Part shown: positions 1-13,209 of the stretch, one piece after another
Layout: each line of letters begins with the position of its first letter
How positions within the stretch are numbered: position 1 is the stretch's first letter
Assembly (NCBI GenBank): GCA_030141605.1
Contig: JAQGDQ010000109.1
Span: 62,001-126,000, forward strand
DNA length: 64,000 bases
Source of the DNA: Tubiluchus corallicola
Lineage: Eukaryota > Animalia > Priapulida
Reading direction: 5' to 3'
Translations under genes and position numbers: made by a program
Notes under the pieces: model-generated
Databases searched by the model: none
The model's input: the letters and a program-made list of their open reading frames with translations, nothing else
What the model was told of the DNA's origin: nothing

Positions 1-37
1 GCGCGTTTGCGAGTGCAAGAGTTTTTAGACTACTTAC

Positions 38-1545
38 AAAGAACGTTCAAACGAATATTGGGAGTAGGAATTGGAAACGAGTCAACCACTACACGACAAG
101 ATATTATCTTTGCATTGTCACCATTTTTTCCTGAACTAAACGCATGATTTAGAGTGCTCACTGATGTACTCAGTTTAGTTGAGCTGTTGATAAAATCTTC
201 TTGCTTTGAAGAAGAGGAAATGTCTTCTTCACCTAAAAGACGCAAAAAAGCAACATAATATTACTGATATTGACATCAGATTGTCAGTTTTTTTTGTAAA
301 CTTGAAATGAGTTCCTGACAAGGCTACTTTTAAAGTTCGGTTAAACCCTGACACTCTTGTACAAAGGTCAAAACGCCTAAGTAGAGTACAGCTGTTAGTT
401 CTGAATTTCAATCATTGATCCATAAAAACATTTAATCTTTAAGCTTGTTATGCGTTTACGGTTTGATCTTACCTATGATTTAATTTAATCATATTTGTTT
501 TATTTTCCATTAAAAGCTTTCAATTTTGCGGATATTAAGGTCATTATTCATGATCAGAATTTTCAAAGATTGTTGCTGTTTTTATACACAAACATCGTAA
601 ATAATTGCAAGAATGTTGAACAACGGTATCACAAAGTACTTACTCATATACCATTTAACTTCAGCAGCTGGATGTACGTCAGCAACAATACATTTGAATG
701 TTTCATCTAATTCGTTGGCTAAGACAGTAACATCATTTGTAAGTATTTTTTCGTCGTTTAAGAACATCTCCACTTCCTGTGGCTGCACTGTTACACAAAA
801 AAGTAATCTACAGTAATGGCGTTGACATTCCTTTGAAATGGCTTATAAAATATGATTATAGCAAATCCAAATGCGATTAATCAAAATAAAACAAACATAA
901 AAAACGCCGATAATGTAACTGTGGAGGCAGCCTCAAGGCTCAAACAATTCGAATGAAAATAATTGCTCAACCAAATGCGAGACAAAATAAACAGTAAAAT
1001 CAGAAAATGGATTAATCAAGGACAAATCCGGTTGGTAACTTTTCGGTTTTGGCTGCTAATTTCCTACCTTGCACCTCAAAACAGGATGCAGCCAGGTGAG
1101 TAAGTTCTAATCAAATCACCTTTTACATGAAAGAGCAAACATCTAGAAATTAAATTCATTACGTATGATTTCTTGTCTCCTTTGCCTTGTAGTTTTTCAC
1201 GCCACACCTTTGTGATCTCTTTGTCTTTCGTTTATAGACATTCTGGCAATCACAGTCATAATCTAATTAATTAATATATACTTCTAGTGACTCTACGAAG
1301 TGTTTAAAATTTTTGGTCTCCTGTTGCACATAAATTTGCGAAAATTTGCACATAGGCGAAAAAAATACAATTTATCAGTATTTTTTACTTTGTTTAATGT
1401 GTAACTGTATTGTATATGTCAGTCAGTCAGTCAGTCAGTCAGTCAGTCAGTCAGTCAGTCAGTCAGTCAGTCAGTCAGTCAGTCAGTCAGTCAGTCAGTC
1501 AGTCAGTCAGTCAGTCAGTCAGTCAGTCAGTCAGTCAGTCAGTCA

Positions 1546-1588
<43 letters not shown>

Positions 1589-2562
1589 AGTCAGTCAGTC
1601 AGTTTGTCTGTCCGTCCGTCTATCTCTCTGTCTGTCTGTCTGTCTGTTGTACATCTATAGGTATGTCTGTCCGCCTATAATAACATTTTACCTATTACTG
1701 TCAGTTTTGCTGGATCAGACTCCTGCTCAATATCAGGAGCTTCAAAAAGTCGACACACGTAGGTGCCGTCATCTTCCAAGACACTGACATCATCAATTCG
1801 AATGCTGTGCAGTCCATGTATTATTGGGTTGTTGTACATATAAGAAATTCTTCCTGTGATACTAAGAAGATTTCCATCTTTCAGCCACGTAACGTTATAA
1901 TTGACAATAGACACGAGTTTCATGTTGATTCTGCATTCAAGTTCTGCTGTTGATCCCTGCATGACTACAGTACTAGAAGGCTGCATGTCAAAATATTCAC
2001 TTCTTGCAACTGTAAATATAAGTAGCAATGATATTAGCATTTAGTGTTACGTACTGATATATATATACTTGTAATTCTATTTTAGCTACTAAAATATCGA
2101 TTGCTTTGTATATATATTAGAACAAATCACAACTACAAACTCAAACGACGTGTGGTCAGAAAAGAATCTTTATTCCAAGTAACAATAGGTTTTGAGTAAT
2201 GGTAGGATAAATTTGAGTAAGGTTATGGCAAATAACTTTGAGGATGATGACAGTGTCAATGATGAAATACTGGTATGAAGAACAATTACCGCCATTGAAA
2301 CAGAATTTTATGATGCTACGTAGTAGATAATATGTGCACCAATACGTGCAATGCTTGGAACAAAATCAAAGATTGTGGATCACCAGTTACGCCTACAATT
2401 AAACACTGGCTAGATCAGAGCCACTAACAGTTTATATTACTATATATTACAACATGCTACACAGGTCTAGAAACAAAAATTTTAAGAGGTTGTATAATAA
2501 ACTTTCAACTTACCACTTATAACACATAAGATGAGTATTGCGGCTCTTGAGGAGAAAGACAT
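38..2562 (-). CDS. Ig-Ig-(Ig-C1q) secreted protein, paralogue A; 5' part only, continues beyond the left window edge
   Basis: GT-AG exons: 2562-2514 (signal peptide MSFSSRAAILILCVIS), 2009-1692 (V/I-set Ig: AELEC..VTWLKDG..DDGTYVC), 787-644 and 232-38 (split C2-type Ig: TFKCIVADVHPAAEVKW / DNAKIISCRV). All introns phase 1 and frame open. Exon-by-exon homologous to genes B and C; the Ig3 and C1q exons are inferred to lie outside the window. Confidence 0.88.
1418..1646. repeat. (GTCA)n/(GTCT)n microsatellite in intron 2 of gene A
   Basis: Direct reading; orthologous position to 12220-12527. Confidence 0.97.
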
Positions 2563-2895
2563 TTCGAATGTTAGTTGAAATGCTGAATGTTAAATGTTGA
2601 TTCCTCGCGAACTTACGGACTGGCTAGTTATAAACTTTCAAAAAACTAGACCCTATGCGCTGTTGTGTGTTTATAACTACTGCACGATTTTTCTAAATGT
2701 CACCTGTCTATTAAATGATAGTAGAAAATACGCACGAGATAACTACGAAATGTCACATTTGCATTTCTTCAGCAAATACGTAAAACGACTGTTATCTAGT
2801 CGTTTGGGTCTAGTTGTTCCTGACATTTTACACTATTTCATCATTGCACAATCTACAGACACCTGCGTGTATTCCCACAATTCTAGTCATTAAAA
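2563..2895 (-). promoter_or_regulatory. Putative proximal promoter/5'UTR of gene A
   Basis: About 330 bp upstream of the ATG, nearly identical to 13210-13540 (gene B) and alignable with 14400-14756 (gene C). Confidence 0.6.
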
Positions 2896-3929
2896 TGCTG
2901 AAACTAAAGTCTTAAAATGCCAACAAATTTAAAATTTATTTTTTCCTTTGTCATAACAAATATACCTTCAGTTGAGTCAGCGTATTTTAGCATGTAAAAT
3001 TAGTTTCAATTTTGTAACTTATACGTCGGTTTTTTTGCCCTCGCTGTTTTGTTGGTACATTAGGACCACAAATTAGTATTAGTTAGATAGTATATCTTTT
3101 CTTTTTTGTAGGTTACAGTCTGCGTAGGCAGTTATGATAAATAAAGACAACCGATATGCAAAAAATGTACAATATAAAACAAGATCTGTAAATACAAAAG
3201 CGATGAGCCCGTGGAAAATTACAAGATATAAAGAAGCAATGTAAAAAATAAATGAATAAATGAAGCATGTACTTACTACAATCATTATAACAATTATTTA
3301 CAATTTGACAATGGGGCAAATGATAAACATATATATATATAGCTCAAAATTTTGCCAAATACAGATTTCACCTGCTATTATAGCGTTTCAACTGCATAAT
3401 GCTTGGAACAAAATCAACGACTGTGGATCACCAATTGCGCCTACAATTAAACACTGGCTAGATTCGAGCCATTAACAGTTTATGTCACTATATTGTTGAT
3501 GAATATGATGTGACATCATACAATGGCAAATCACATGCTCTTCAGACTGGACGGCACGCTATTCCATGTTGTGAATGCACGTCCCTTACTATTTTGGCAC
3601 ATGTCCGATTATTCTGATGGCAGGTTTATGGACTGAAATTTAAGAAACGATCCATAAACACGCACTGTTTGAAAGGTGTGAAACAGGGCCAAAAACTAGA
3701 GATTTTATCGCGCGATTAAACCATTTCTATCTAAGACATATAGAACGGGCACACCCAAAGTTTTACTAAACAAAATTAGCGAAGTTGTTGTGAATCAACA
3801 GATGAGAATTAACCCTTGCTGCTTGTCATAACTAATAAACTTAATCAACTTAACTTTTTGGAAATGGTCAATTACTATTCACTTAGAAATGCCGAATTGT
3901 CACTTTAGTGATAGAAGCCACATCTGTAG

Positions 3930-4450
3930 GCAGTTTTCAGCAATATGACCTTTGTTCTAAATTCGATGTTCTGAATCAGCTTGCTGATTACGTTACACTT
4001 AATAATCTGCTTCCTGACAAATACAAGAAACACTATATTACTGAAGAAGATTTACAGTCATATATTTTAAGTTCCATAAATAAGCAACAAGAGACTTTGT
4101 TAGTGCTTTTGGACTTGAGCTCAGCTTTAACGTAGTCGACTAGGAGCTATTACTCAATAGTCTAGAGCATGATAATGGAACCGGTGGTGTGGCTCTGAAT
4201 TAGTTTCAGTCTTCAGCAAGTTTTAATAAACGACACATTATCTAAGAAATCATCTCATTAGTGCAGTTCCTCAAGGCAGTTTCGTGTTTTATATTGTACC
4301 TGCGATAACTTCAAGAAGCTCTTGAAAGTCTTTCTTCCTAGCGTTCAATGATATGCTGACGACAACCAATTACGTCTTTTCTTCAGGCCAGCAGACATAG
4401 CCACAGAAGAAGTTGCTGTTACAGAGAAGGGAAGTTTTATCACTCATGCA
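3930..4450 (+). mobile_element. Decayed non-LTR retrotransposon (L2/CR1 group) reverse-transcriptase fragment
   Basis: LLVLLDLSSA.. motif, GTTCCTCAAGGCAGT (VPQGS) near 4266, TATGCTGACGAC (YADD) near 4352; stops and frameshifts. Confidence 0.8.
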
Positions 4451-5225
4451 CGTATTATTATTATTATTTATTATATATGCGTGTGTGTGTATTTATATAT
4501 AAAATCAGAATCCACTCTGTTTCCATACCTTCTTGATTCTGAAAGTCTTCCTATTTTTATTTAGTCAAAGCTACATGTTTATCGCATGTTTAAAAAACAG
4601 GTCTCTAGCATTATCTTCGTAAAATGTGATCGCTTTTACCTAATTCTCTTATATTTGTTGTAATGCTTTTAAATTGTAAAAACAATGTGTACCTCTTATT
4701 ATATGTTCCAATAAAAGTAAACTAAGCTGAAAAGTAAAAAGCAAGTTATATACACGTTTACAATTTCTGTATGTGTTTAACTTGGATTGCTTAGTTGTGA
4801 AAAAGAAAACAAAACAAAACGAAAAAAACAGATAGAACAGTTTTGATTTTATTCATGATTTTATTAAATATTCGGAATTACTAAATACTAGTTATATTAC
4901 TGAATAAAAAAAGCATAACTACTACAAAATAAATAGCCGTATGTAATTTATTCCCTTTTGCCTCTGACATATGGCACAATAATCAGCTTAAATATCATAA
5001 TAAAACTTTCAACAATTTCACTTTGCTCTATTTATATGAATGACAAAATCTATTCGAATTTCGTTGGTTTAACTTATTGATGAACAGCGTTTTATCTTTT
5101 AATGCAGATTCACAAAACAGAATTACATCTGAGTGACTGATAACATAACAAATGCGCATTGAAAAACATTTTTTGCCAAATTCTACCAAAGTTTACCAGA
5201 GGCTCAGGTAAAACGATGATAATTA

Positions 5226-8217
5226 TTAATAGTTGTCGCCAATTAAATAACCACTGAACGAATTATGTGGATCAGCATCTGAGAAGGTGCCAACTAGGTA
5301 CTTGATGTAAATTTCATCTCCTTCTTGCAGATTAAGATAAACTGAATTTCCAGTGTGATGAAACCGACCGTCATACCCTATAATGACAACAAGAATATTA
5401 CAAGCTAGAAAACTGAAAACTCAGCCAACAACATTTTATCAGTTAAATGCTCTAACCAAGTTAGGTTTCATTTATATTGGTGCCTAAGAGTTTAGTGTGT
5501 TTTACTTTGTTTATTGAAACTTCATAAATTTTTATTATAAAATTACTAGGGACGTTTTTGTTTTTGTTTGTGAATACATTAAATTTTGTCTTTCAATATT
5601 GAGCAACAGTTTATTTGTTTTAAGCATGGCAGAGCTGTGTACAGGCTCTGATTAATTGTATTTACCATTGTTTCATAGTTTGGTATCATCAGCAAACAAA
5701 ATAAAGTCTAGAAAACTGGAAGCTTCATTAATATAAAAAAGAGAAAAACAGACCTAAGATGGACCCTTGCAGGACACCATAATTGATTTACTTCAAAGAA
5801 GAACATATATTATGTATTTGAACTGACTGCCTTCTGTTATGTAAATTACATAACAATTTTAAACTTTACATTCACATCATATTTAAGTCAAATTTCTAAT
5901 TTAGTTGATAGTATTTTGTGGTCAAGAGCTATGAAGGTGAAGTGCAATGCAGTACAATCCACTTAGTACAAAGCAGACTTCGATCCACTAAAGACTGCTA
6001 AGTTATGTAGGTTAAAAGTTTTAAGACGACCCTTTTGTCGTCATCAGTTATTAATGATGTGCGCCCTTGCTTTCTGCAGTTTTTCTGCAGCACTCGATTG
6101 TGATGTTACATAGATTTTCCATACAGGACAATCAACAAAAAATTATTTTCTTCGCAATTCCTAATCAACCATTACTAAACTTGAAAACGTTCATTGCCAA
6201 TCTTGCTTCACCTCCCACATATCTTCATCGGTGAAGTTGTCTTTGCGTTATGTAGACTTGTTAACAGTCAAACAAACTAACAAATTAACAGCAATAGAAA
6301 CATGGCCTCTTTGGCGGAGGTAACAACAAAAACAGTGTTTTTGTACTTTGAAAGACATCAATATAGATACTTAATTAGCATAAAAAACTGTCTAAACTGT
6401 AACCAAAAGTGTCCATAAATAAGTTTGCTAGCAATTTCCGTGCACTCCTAATAAACGGGAAATGGTGTCTGCAAAAGAAAGAAACCTTTGATGCCTGTAT
6501 TTAGCCCGGCCAAGTAGATACTATTAAACGTCTTACCTGAACATCTCATCCACGCAACATCGTTTCCGTTATGAGAAATAGTTGCTACATAATCAGCGTC
6601 TGTGACATAGATCATCATCAAGTGCACTTGGAAAAAATATGTGCCTGGTGAGGGTGCTGTAAATTTTCCTAGAAATGAAAAAATTAAATTAGGGATAGCA
6701 ATTATAACGCCAATACGATATAAGATAGGAAGTAACTGTTAAATTAATAGCTTCAATCATGATATCGCATGAATATACATGAATCTAATAACATCAACAA
6801 CAATAACAGCAGCAGCAGCAGCAGCAACAACAACAACAACAACAACAGCTACAGCAGCAACAGCAATAACCACAACAACCACAACCACTACAACAGCAAC
6901 AGTAACAGCAACCACAACCACCGCCACTGCCACTGCCACCGCAACAGCATCAGTAAAAGCAAAGAAATAACTGCGACGACGACGACGACGGCGGCGGCGG
7001 CGGCGGCGGCAAGAACGAGGCATATTGTACCTTCGTTAAATAATATTGGAATTGTAAGATTATAAACAAACAATTTCTGCATGACGCACATGTTCTACAT
7101 AGATTTTGTTAAATGCTTAACACAATGACGGCAACTATAGGCCTACTGGCAGAAAGCAAACATGACATTGATTTCATGCAATACATTTAATTAAATTACT
7201 GGCCCATACCTGTTGAAGGGCTATATACGTTTCCAAGATTAGTAACGATGTTTGTAAATTTGATTAACTCTTCCTGTATCGTGGCGCCCCAAGTGGTAAA
7301 AGCTAAAGCTGAAACGAATGAGCAAGAAACAAATAAAAACCAGTATCTCCTTTTCTGCTCCTTCTTTCATGTTGAGCTAAGTTTGGCAAGGTTTCACGAT
7401 GCCAATGCAATACACTGTGATGACGATGATAATGATGGCCATAACGTTGATGATGATGAATTTGGCGCAATGTCTAATGTCCTGCAAGTGGATGTCAGGC
7501 CCTGAATCAAAACGTCAGTCATGCATGTAAATGGTAATGTAAAAGGGCAGTGTTATTTTTGGCGACTCAGCTGCTACTGTAGGATTTACAAAGATGACGA
7601 CCGACACGCCAGATACGAAAAAACAGCAAAAAAACAATCTACATAAACAATAGTAATTTTTTATTGCGCAAATAATCAATAACAAATTAACAGGATTACG
7701 AATCGAAGCTTAACTGTGTTGTTGCGGAGGCGGCCAAGAGGTCTATGGTGCAAGTCTGGATCAGACAAACATTGTACATGAAAAAATAGACAAGAAATAT
7801 AAAAATTCAAACAAAAAAGTAAGATAAAAGCTAGCCAGAAACTTTTCCAGTATGTGTTCCTCATGCTGACCAACTACTCATAGCTCGCTGCTATGCAACG
7901 CTAACATGCAATGACTTCGATATGGATCGAACCATCACAATGAAGAGGGGAGGTCGAAAATAAATGGCATCCCTCTCCCCCCCCCCCGGCAAAAGTATCA
8001 AAGTTTAATCAACTGGTAAATTATCACAAAGTGAAATCTCTATGCTATTTGAACTAAGGGCATGAGGATGATTAAAAACAATGTATCGTGAGATGGTGAC
8101 GACGACGAGGACGAAGGTGATGATGATAACGATAATGATGATGATGATGATGATGATGATGATAATAATGACGATGATGAGGAGGAGGAGGAGCAGGATG
8201 AGAATGAGGTTGATGAC

Positions 8218-8286
<69 letters not shown>

Positions 8287-11200
8287 GATGATAATGATAA
8301 TGATGAAAATGATGGTCGTGACGATTAGTATAAAGCAAAGCATTACATGAAATATTCTTAATATAAAGCAATCACTTTTTTAAGGTTTAAGTTAGGTAAT
8401 TAATAAGCGATTTTTTACAAAATTGGTTTATGAACTGAAACTTAAAGGACAAGAAAAGGGTACCTGAAGTAGATTTCAGAAACATTAAAAAATTATATTA
8501 CTTTACAGCATTTTTATGAATATATTGTACTTAAGTTTAACGGCAATATTAAATTACGTCCTTTCCTTGCAAATCTATATTACTTCACGCAATGTTATCT
8601 AAACTTGTTTAAACGATTTACCATTAAAATGGATCATCACGAGAGTTAAAATTTATAGGTTTTATACAGCTTTGCATGCAAAAAGGCAGTACGTCAGTGG
8701 CAAAAAATTTCAAAACGAATTTTTAAGCTTTTTGTAAATGGAAGGTTTTCTTGTGCTTTCGTTATAAAAAGCTTAACAGTTTAACATTACGTACCCCCAC
8801 TAATTGAAATTTCTATTTTGTTTGAACTGCGGGAACCAAGAATATTACTAGCCTGACATTCATACTCTCCAGCATCTTCATATTCTACTTTTGGTATCTG
8901 AAGGACAAATCCAGTCTCGGGTAAGATATTTCCGTCTAGTTTCCAGGTGTAAGTTGGTTCTGGATTGGCATCAGATTCGCATTTTAGTTCCAAAGTTGAT
9001 CCCAAAGTCACATGAGAACTTCCACTAGTAATACTCAAATCTGCATTTTGAGGCTGATCTAGAAAAATTTTTGTCAAATTCACCTGAAATCTGTATATAG
9101 AATTCAATATATTTAATATCACTTGCTCATGGTATCAATAAGACAGTCTTATGATACAAAACAGGCACAAGGTACCTGGTATCAAACAGCTTTGCAAATT
9201 ACTATTATTTTTAGAAAAACTGAATATTACTTGAGAATTTGAAATATTGGATCAAGAGCATTAATCAGGAAAAAGCGTGTCATGCGTAGCAAAAAACGAT
9301 TATATTCAGCCAAAATACTATTAATGTAAATTAGTTATTTTGCTGTTTTTAATAAGTGGATAATGCTTTTGCTTTTTTCCAAGTAATAGCAACTCAGTAA
9401 CTTGAGAAAACTGCTGAGTGTGCGTATACCAGTTTATAACTGTAAAAGAATTTTCGGACTACTTACAAATAACGTTCAGACGAATATTAGGAGTAGGAAT
9501 TGTAAGAGTATGAATCAGCACATGACAAGAAATTATCTTCCCGTTGTCACCATTTTTCCCTTGGCTAAATGCATGACTAAGAGTGCTCACTGACGTACTT
9601 AGCTGAGTTGAGTTGTTCAAAAAGTCTTCTTGTTTGGAGGAAAAAGAAATGTCTTCTTCATCTGAAAGTCACAAAAAGGCAAAATAATGGTTAGAATTTT
9701 GACAGTAAATTGTTAGTCAATTTGCAACCTGAACTCAGTCCTTGACAAGGCTACAAAGTTCAGTCTACTATAAATGTATATTTTATCTCACTCTCAGTCA
9801 TAATTAATTATATGTGCACATGGTTCCAGTAGGACAGGCTACTGACCTAACCTGTAAATATGTGTACTCTGTTTGATTTTATTGGAAATAAAGTAATTAT
9901 TTATATTGCTTGTATAAAGGTCAAAGTGTAGCGCAGAATGCATATTTACAACGTAGCTCCATCTCCTGGCGCCAACTTTGATTACATTTTTTGTAGCTAC
10001 ACAGGTGTGCAGAGTTTTCTGTTTTAAAAATGCTCTTGAATGTTAAGTTGATTGTGAGGTTTACACTGTGAAACATGCAAATTGTGAGTCTACAATGGTC
10101 TGAGTCAGACAAGAAGGCAAAAATGTAAGTATTTACTCTCTTATTTTTCTTATTTTTCCAAAGGTAAATTTAAGAAATTTGCTGTGAACCTGTTAACCTA
10201 AAAACAAATTCCGTTTGCTTGTTTGACAGACAAAAATTTTATGGTTATGGTTATGGTTGATGATTGCATCGAAAATGGTTGTGATGGATCACCTGATTTC
10301 ACAAATAAACTGGTCGAACTATAAAGCAACTTTCCAGTGGCTTAACATAACTGGGACAAATAGTCAAAAATAAAAAATGTATAGACAAACAGACAGCCTA
10401 AATAGAGTAATGCTGTTTGAATTAACGTTATGGATTTCAATCATCGTTAATTCAAAGGCATTTAGTTTTTGGTTATGGGATAATCTAGCGCGAATTAAAA
10501 ACTTCAAAATTTTGCCTCATTACAGATTTGCGAATTAATCTAATTTAATTTATTTCGTTTTGCTGTAATTAAGTTAGTCGGGTCCATACAAAATGAAGCC
10601 TTAATTTCAAACAAGGACTTTCTGCTGATATTATAACAAAACATTGTAAACAATTGTAAGAACGTTGAGCAATAAATACCCGAAGTACTTACCCAAGTAC
10701 CATTTAACTTCAGCAGTTGGATGTACGTCAGCAACAATACATTTGAATGTTTCATCTGATTCGTTGGCTAAGACAGTAACGTCATTTGTAAGTATTTTTT
10801 CGTCGTTTAAGAACATCTCCACTTCCTGCGGCTGCACTATTACACAAATACTTATGCTAAAATAATAGCATTTGTGACTGATTTTAACGATACTAAATGT
10901 ATTTAATTAATATATGGTTGACGTCATTTTAATATGGCAAGGCAAAGACAAAGACATCATACGACTTTCAAACAATGAAATTTATCAGTGGTTCTGCATT
11001 TTGTATGTTGGTGCAATCTTACGTTCATTATTTTTTCATCTTCCACTCTGAAACAAAACTACATAGTTCTGGCGAGCAGAGCAAGGCTGGTATAATTAGT
11101 TAGAAGGAATTAGGCTTTGTTCTTCAAAAAACAGAAATGTCAGGAGAACTGGGTTAAGGACTATCACCCTCATCGTCAGTTAACAAAGTTGAAGAGCAAA

Positions 11201-12451
11201 AGAAGCTCAAAGAAGGATTTCCAGTGAATACTATGTACTGGCGAAAGAGGAAGCTTGCACCACAGAAACTAATCCCACTAACGCAGGCATAAAAATTCAT
11301 TTATCACGGTTCTGTGCCCTCTAATCTGTTACTACCAACATGCCACGCTTATCCGAGACAATCGTTTTATAGATCCTTATAATCTGTGTAACTATAATCT
11401 ACATAATAACCTAGATTATTATACAGATTAATCTAGGTATAACTAGTGGACGTTTTTGACTGTGTCAGAAACTGTGGTAAGATTCTGCTTCTGTGACTAG
11501 AGATGCTTTATGTGTTCAAATAAAAAATGTTTGTTGTTAACGTCATGTAGCAAGTACTGTTGTGCTTGATTGTAAAAGCGTCGCTGAAATCAGAACTTGT
11601 CAATTTTTCACCAGTAGTCCAACTTTCTTATGTTTAGCCAGTGATCTTGAGCTACAGCGTCCACCAAAATCAGAGAAACTTAAACCATTCGATTCGTCTC
11701 ATCTAGATCTTTCATTTGATATACTACGTGATACTGCTTCTCGACACTACACGACCCACCGAGCACTCGGATTTCGAATTTTGCCTCCTACCGGAAAATG
11801 TTCCCATACACAAATGGCGACAATAACTCGAACCCACCTATCCGCGTAACAAAAATTGTAGGCCTAGCTCAAAAAACTGTAGGAGGAGATCCAGCGTAAC
11901 GAAAAAACTTGTCCTGATTGGTCCGTGACTTTTGACCCGGAGTGACGGTCGTGTGTAAACATAAATGTCCCTACCCGAGGAGTGTGCCCTATGAGTTTCG
12001 TGAGCCTAGCCCTATGCATGTGCGTGTTATTAAAAAAACAAAAAGAGACAAGATATAATAAAAAGGAACATTAAAAACCGGGGGTAAATCAAGAAGATGC
12101 TATAAGCAGAATCTTAATAATATAGAAATTGCACATACCGTATACTTCAAACATATATACACTGCACGCAGGGATTACATAAAAATGCAGCATACCAACA
12201 GAATGCATGCACTTGCAAAGTCAGTCAACCAGTCAGTCAGTCAGTCAATTAGTCAACCAGTCAGTGAGTCAGTGAGTGAGTGAGTGAGTGAGTGAGTGAG
12301 CGAGTGAGCGAGCGAGCGAGTCAGTCAGTCAGTCAGTCAGTCAGTCAGTCAGTCAGTCAGTCAGTCAGTCAGTCAGTCAGTCAGTCAGTCAGTCAGTCAG
12401 TCAGTCAGTCAGTCAGTCAGTCAGTCAGTCAGTCAGTCAGTCAGTCAGTCA

Positions 12452-12529
<78 letters not shown>

Positions 12530-13019
12530 TGTCCGTCTATAGGTACGTCGGTCCACCTATAATAACATTTTACCTATTACTGTTAGTTTTGCTGGATCAG
12601 ACTCCTGCTCAATATCAGGAGCTTCGAAAAGTCGACACACGTAGGTGCCGTCATCTTCCAAGACACTGACATCATCAATTTGAATGCTGTGCAGTCCTGT
12701 GCATATTACTGGGTTGTTGTACATATAAGAAATTTTTCCTGTGACAGTAAGAAGATTTCCATCTTTCAGCCACGTAACGTTATAATTGAAAACAGACACG
12801 AGTCTCATGTTGATTCTGCATTCAAGTTCTGCTGTTGATCCCTGCATGACTACAGTACTAGAAGGCTGCATGTCAAAATATTCACTCCTTGCAACTGTAA
12901 ATATAAGTAACAACGATATTTTAGTGTTACGTACTGGTACCAATATATATAATACACACGCACGCGCGCATGCACACACACACACACACGCACACATAAA
13001 TATATATAATGTATGCGTT

Positions 13020-13062
<43 letters not shown>

Positions 13063-13209
13063 GCGTGTGCGTGTGCGTGTGCGTGTGTGTGTATTAGAAC
13101 CTGTTACACAGGTCTACAAACAAAAATTTTAAGAGGTTGCATAATAAACTTTCAACTTACCACTTATAACACATAAGATGAGTATTGCTGCTCTTGAGGA
13201 GAAAGACAT
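5226..13209 (-). CDS. Secreted 3xIg + C-terminal globular C1q protein, paralogue B (8 exons, 451 aa)
   Basis: Exons: 13209-13161 (signal peptide), 12894-12574 (Ig1), 10836-10693 + 9661-9467 (Ig2), 9058-8795 (Ig3: LELKCESDANPEPTYTW..DAGEYEC), 7308-7210 (ALAFTT..LIKFTNIVTNLGNVYSPST), 6668-6537 (GKFTAPSPGTYFFQVH..ISHNG), 5377-5226 (..LNLQEGDEIYIK..NSFSGYLIGDNY*). All GT-AG, all phase 1, total 1356 nt with no internal stop. gC1q hallmarks AF, F..V.TN.G..Y...TG.FTAP..G.Y.F, L.L..GDE..I, FSGYLI are present. Confidence 0.92.
5500..5935 (-). mobile_element. Decayed CR1-group LINE RT fragment in intron 7 of gene B
   Basis: Minus strand reads GVLQGSILG (about 5752-5779) and LFADDT (about 5683-5700). 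Confidence 0.75.
6130..6325 (+). mobile_element. Probable non-autonomous Helitron-like interspersed repeat end
   Basis: (CAAA)n-like run followed by a terminal hairpin CCTCTTTGGCGGAGGTAA; family assigned from recall of similar metazoan repeats. Confidence 0.4.
6787..7010. repeat. Compound trinucleotide repeat (CAA/CAG/CAC, CGA/CGG)
   Basis: Direct reading; intronic in gene B. Confidence 0.95.
8092..8315. repeat. (GAT)n trinucleotide repeat
   Basis: Direct reading; intron 5 of gene B. Confidence 0.95.
12220..12527. repeat. (GTGA)/(GTCA)/(GTCT) compound microsatellite in intron 2 of gene B
   Basis: Direct reading. Confidence 0.97.
12953..13092. repeat. (CA)n/(GT)n dinucleotide repeats
   Basis: Direct reading; intron 1 of gene B. 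Confidence 0.95.

Larger units (their letters stand above)
5226..7308 (-). other. Globular C1q domain of gene B (three exons, missed by the ORF track)
   Basis: Exons 7308-7210, 6668-6537 and 5377-5226 translate to gC1q motifs (TGKFTAPSPGTYFF, LQEGDEIYI, FSGYLI). Confidence 0.9.

Noticed and set aside
1346-1787. ORFs with SQSV repeats (also 12292-12669)
   Set aside because: Translations of intronic (GTCA)n microsatellites, antisense to the real Ig exon.
6757-8371. Poly-N/T/A/I/H/M ORFs
   Set aside because: Trinucleotide repeats in introns of gene B; no splice support needed for the complete gene model.
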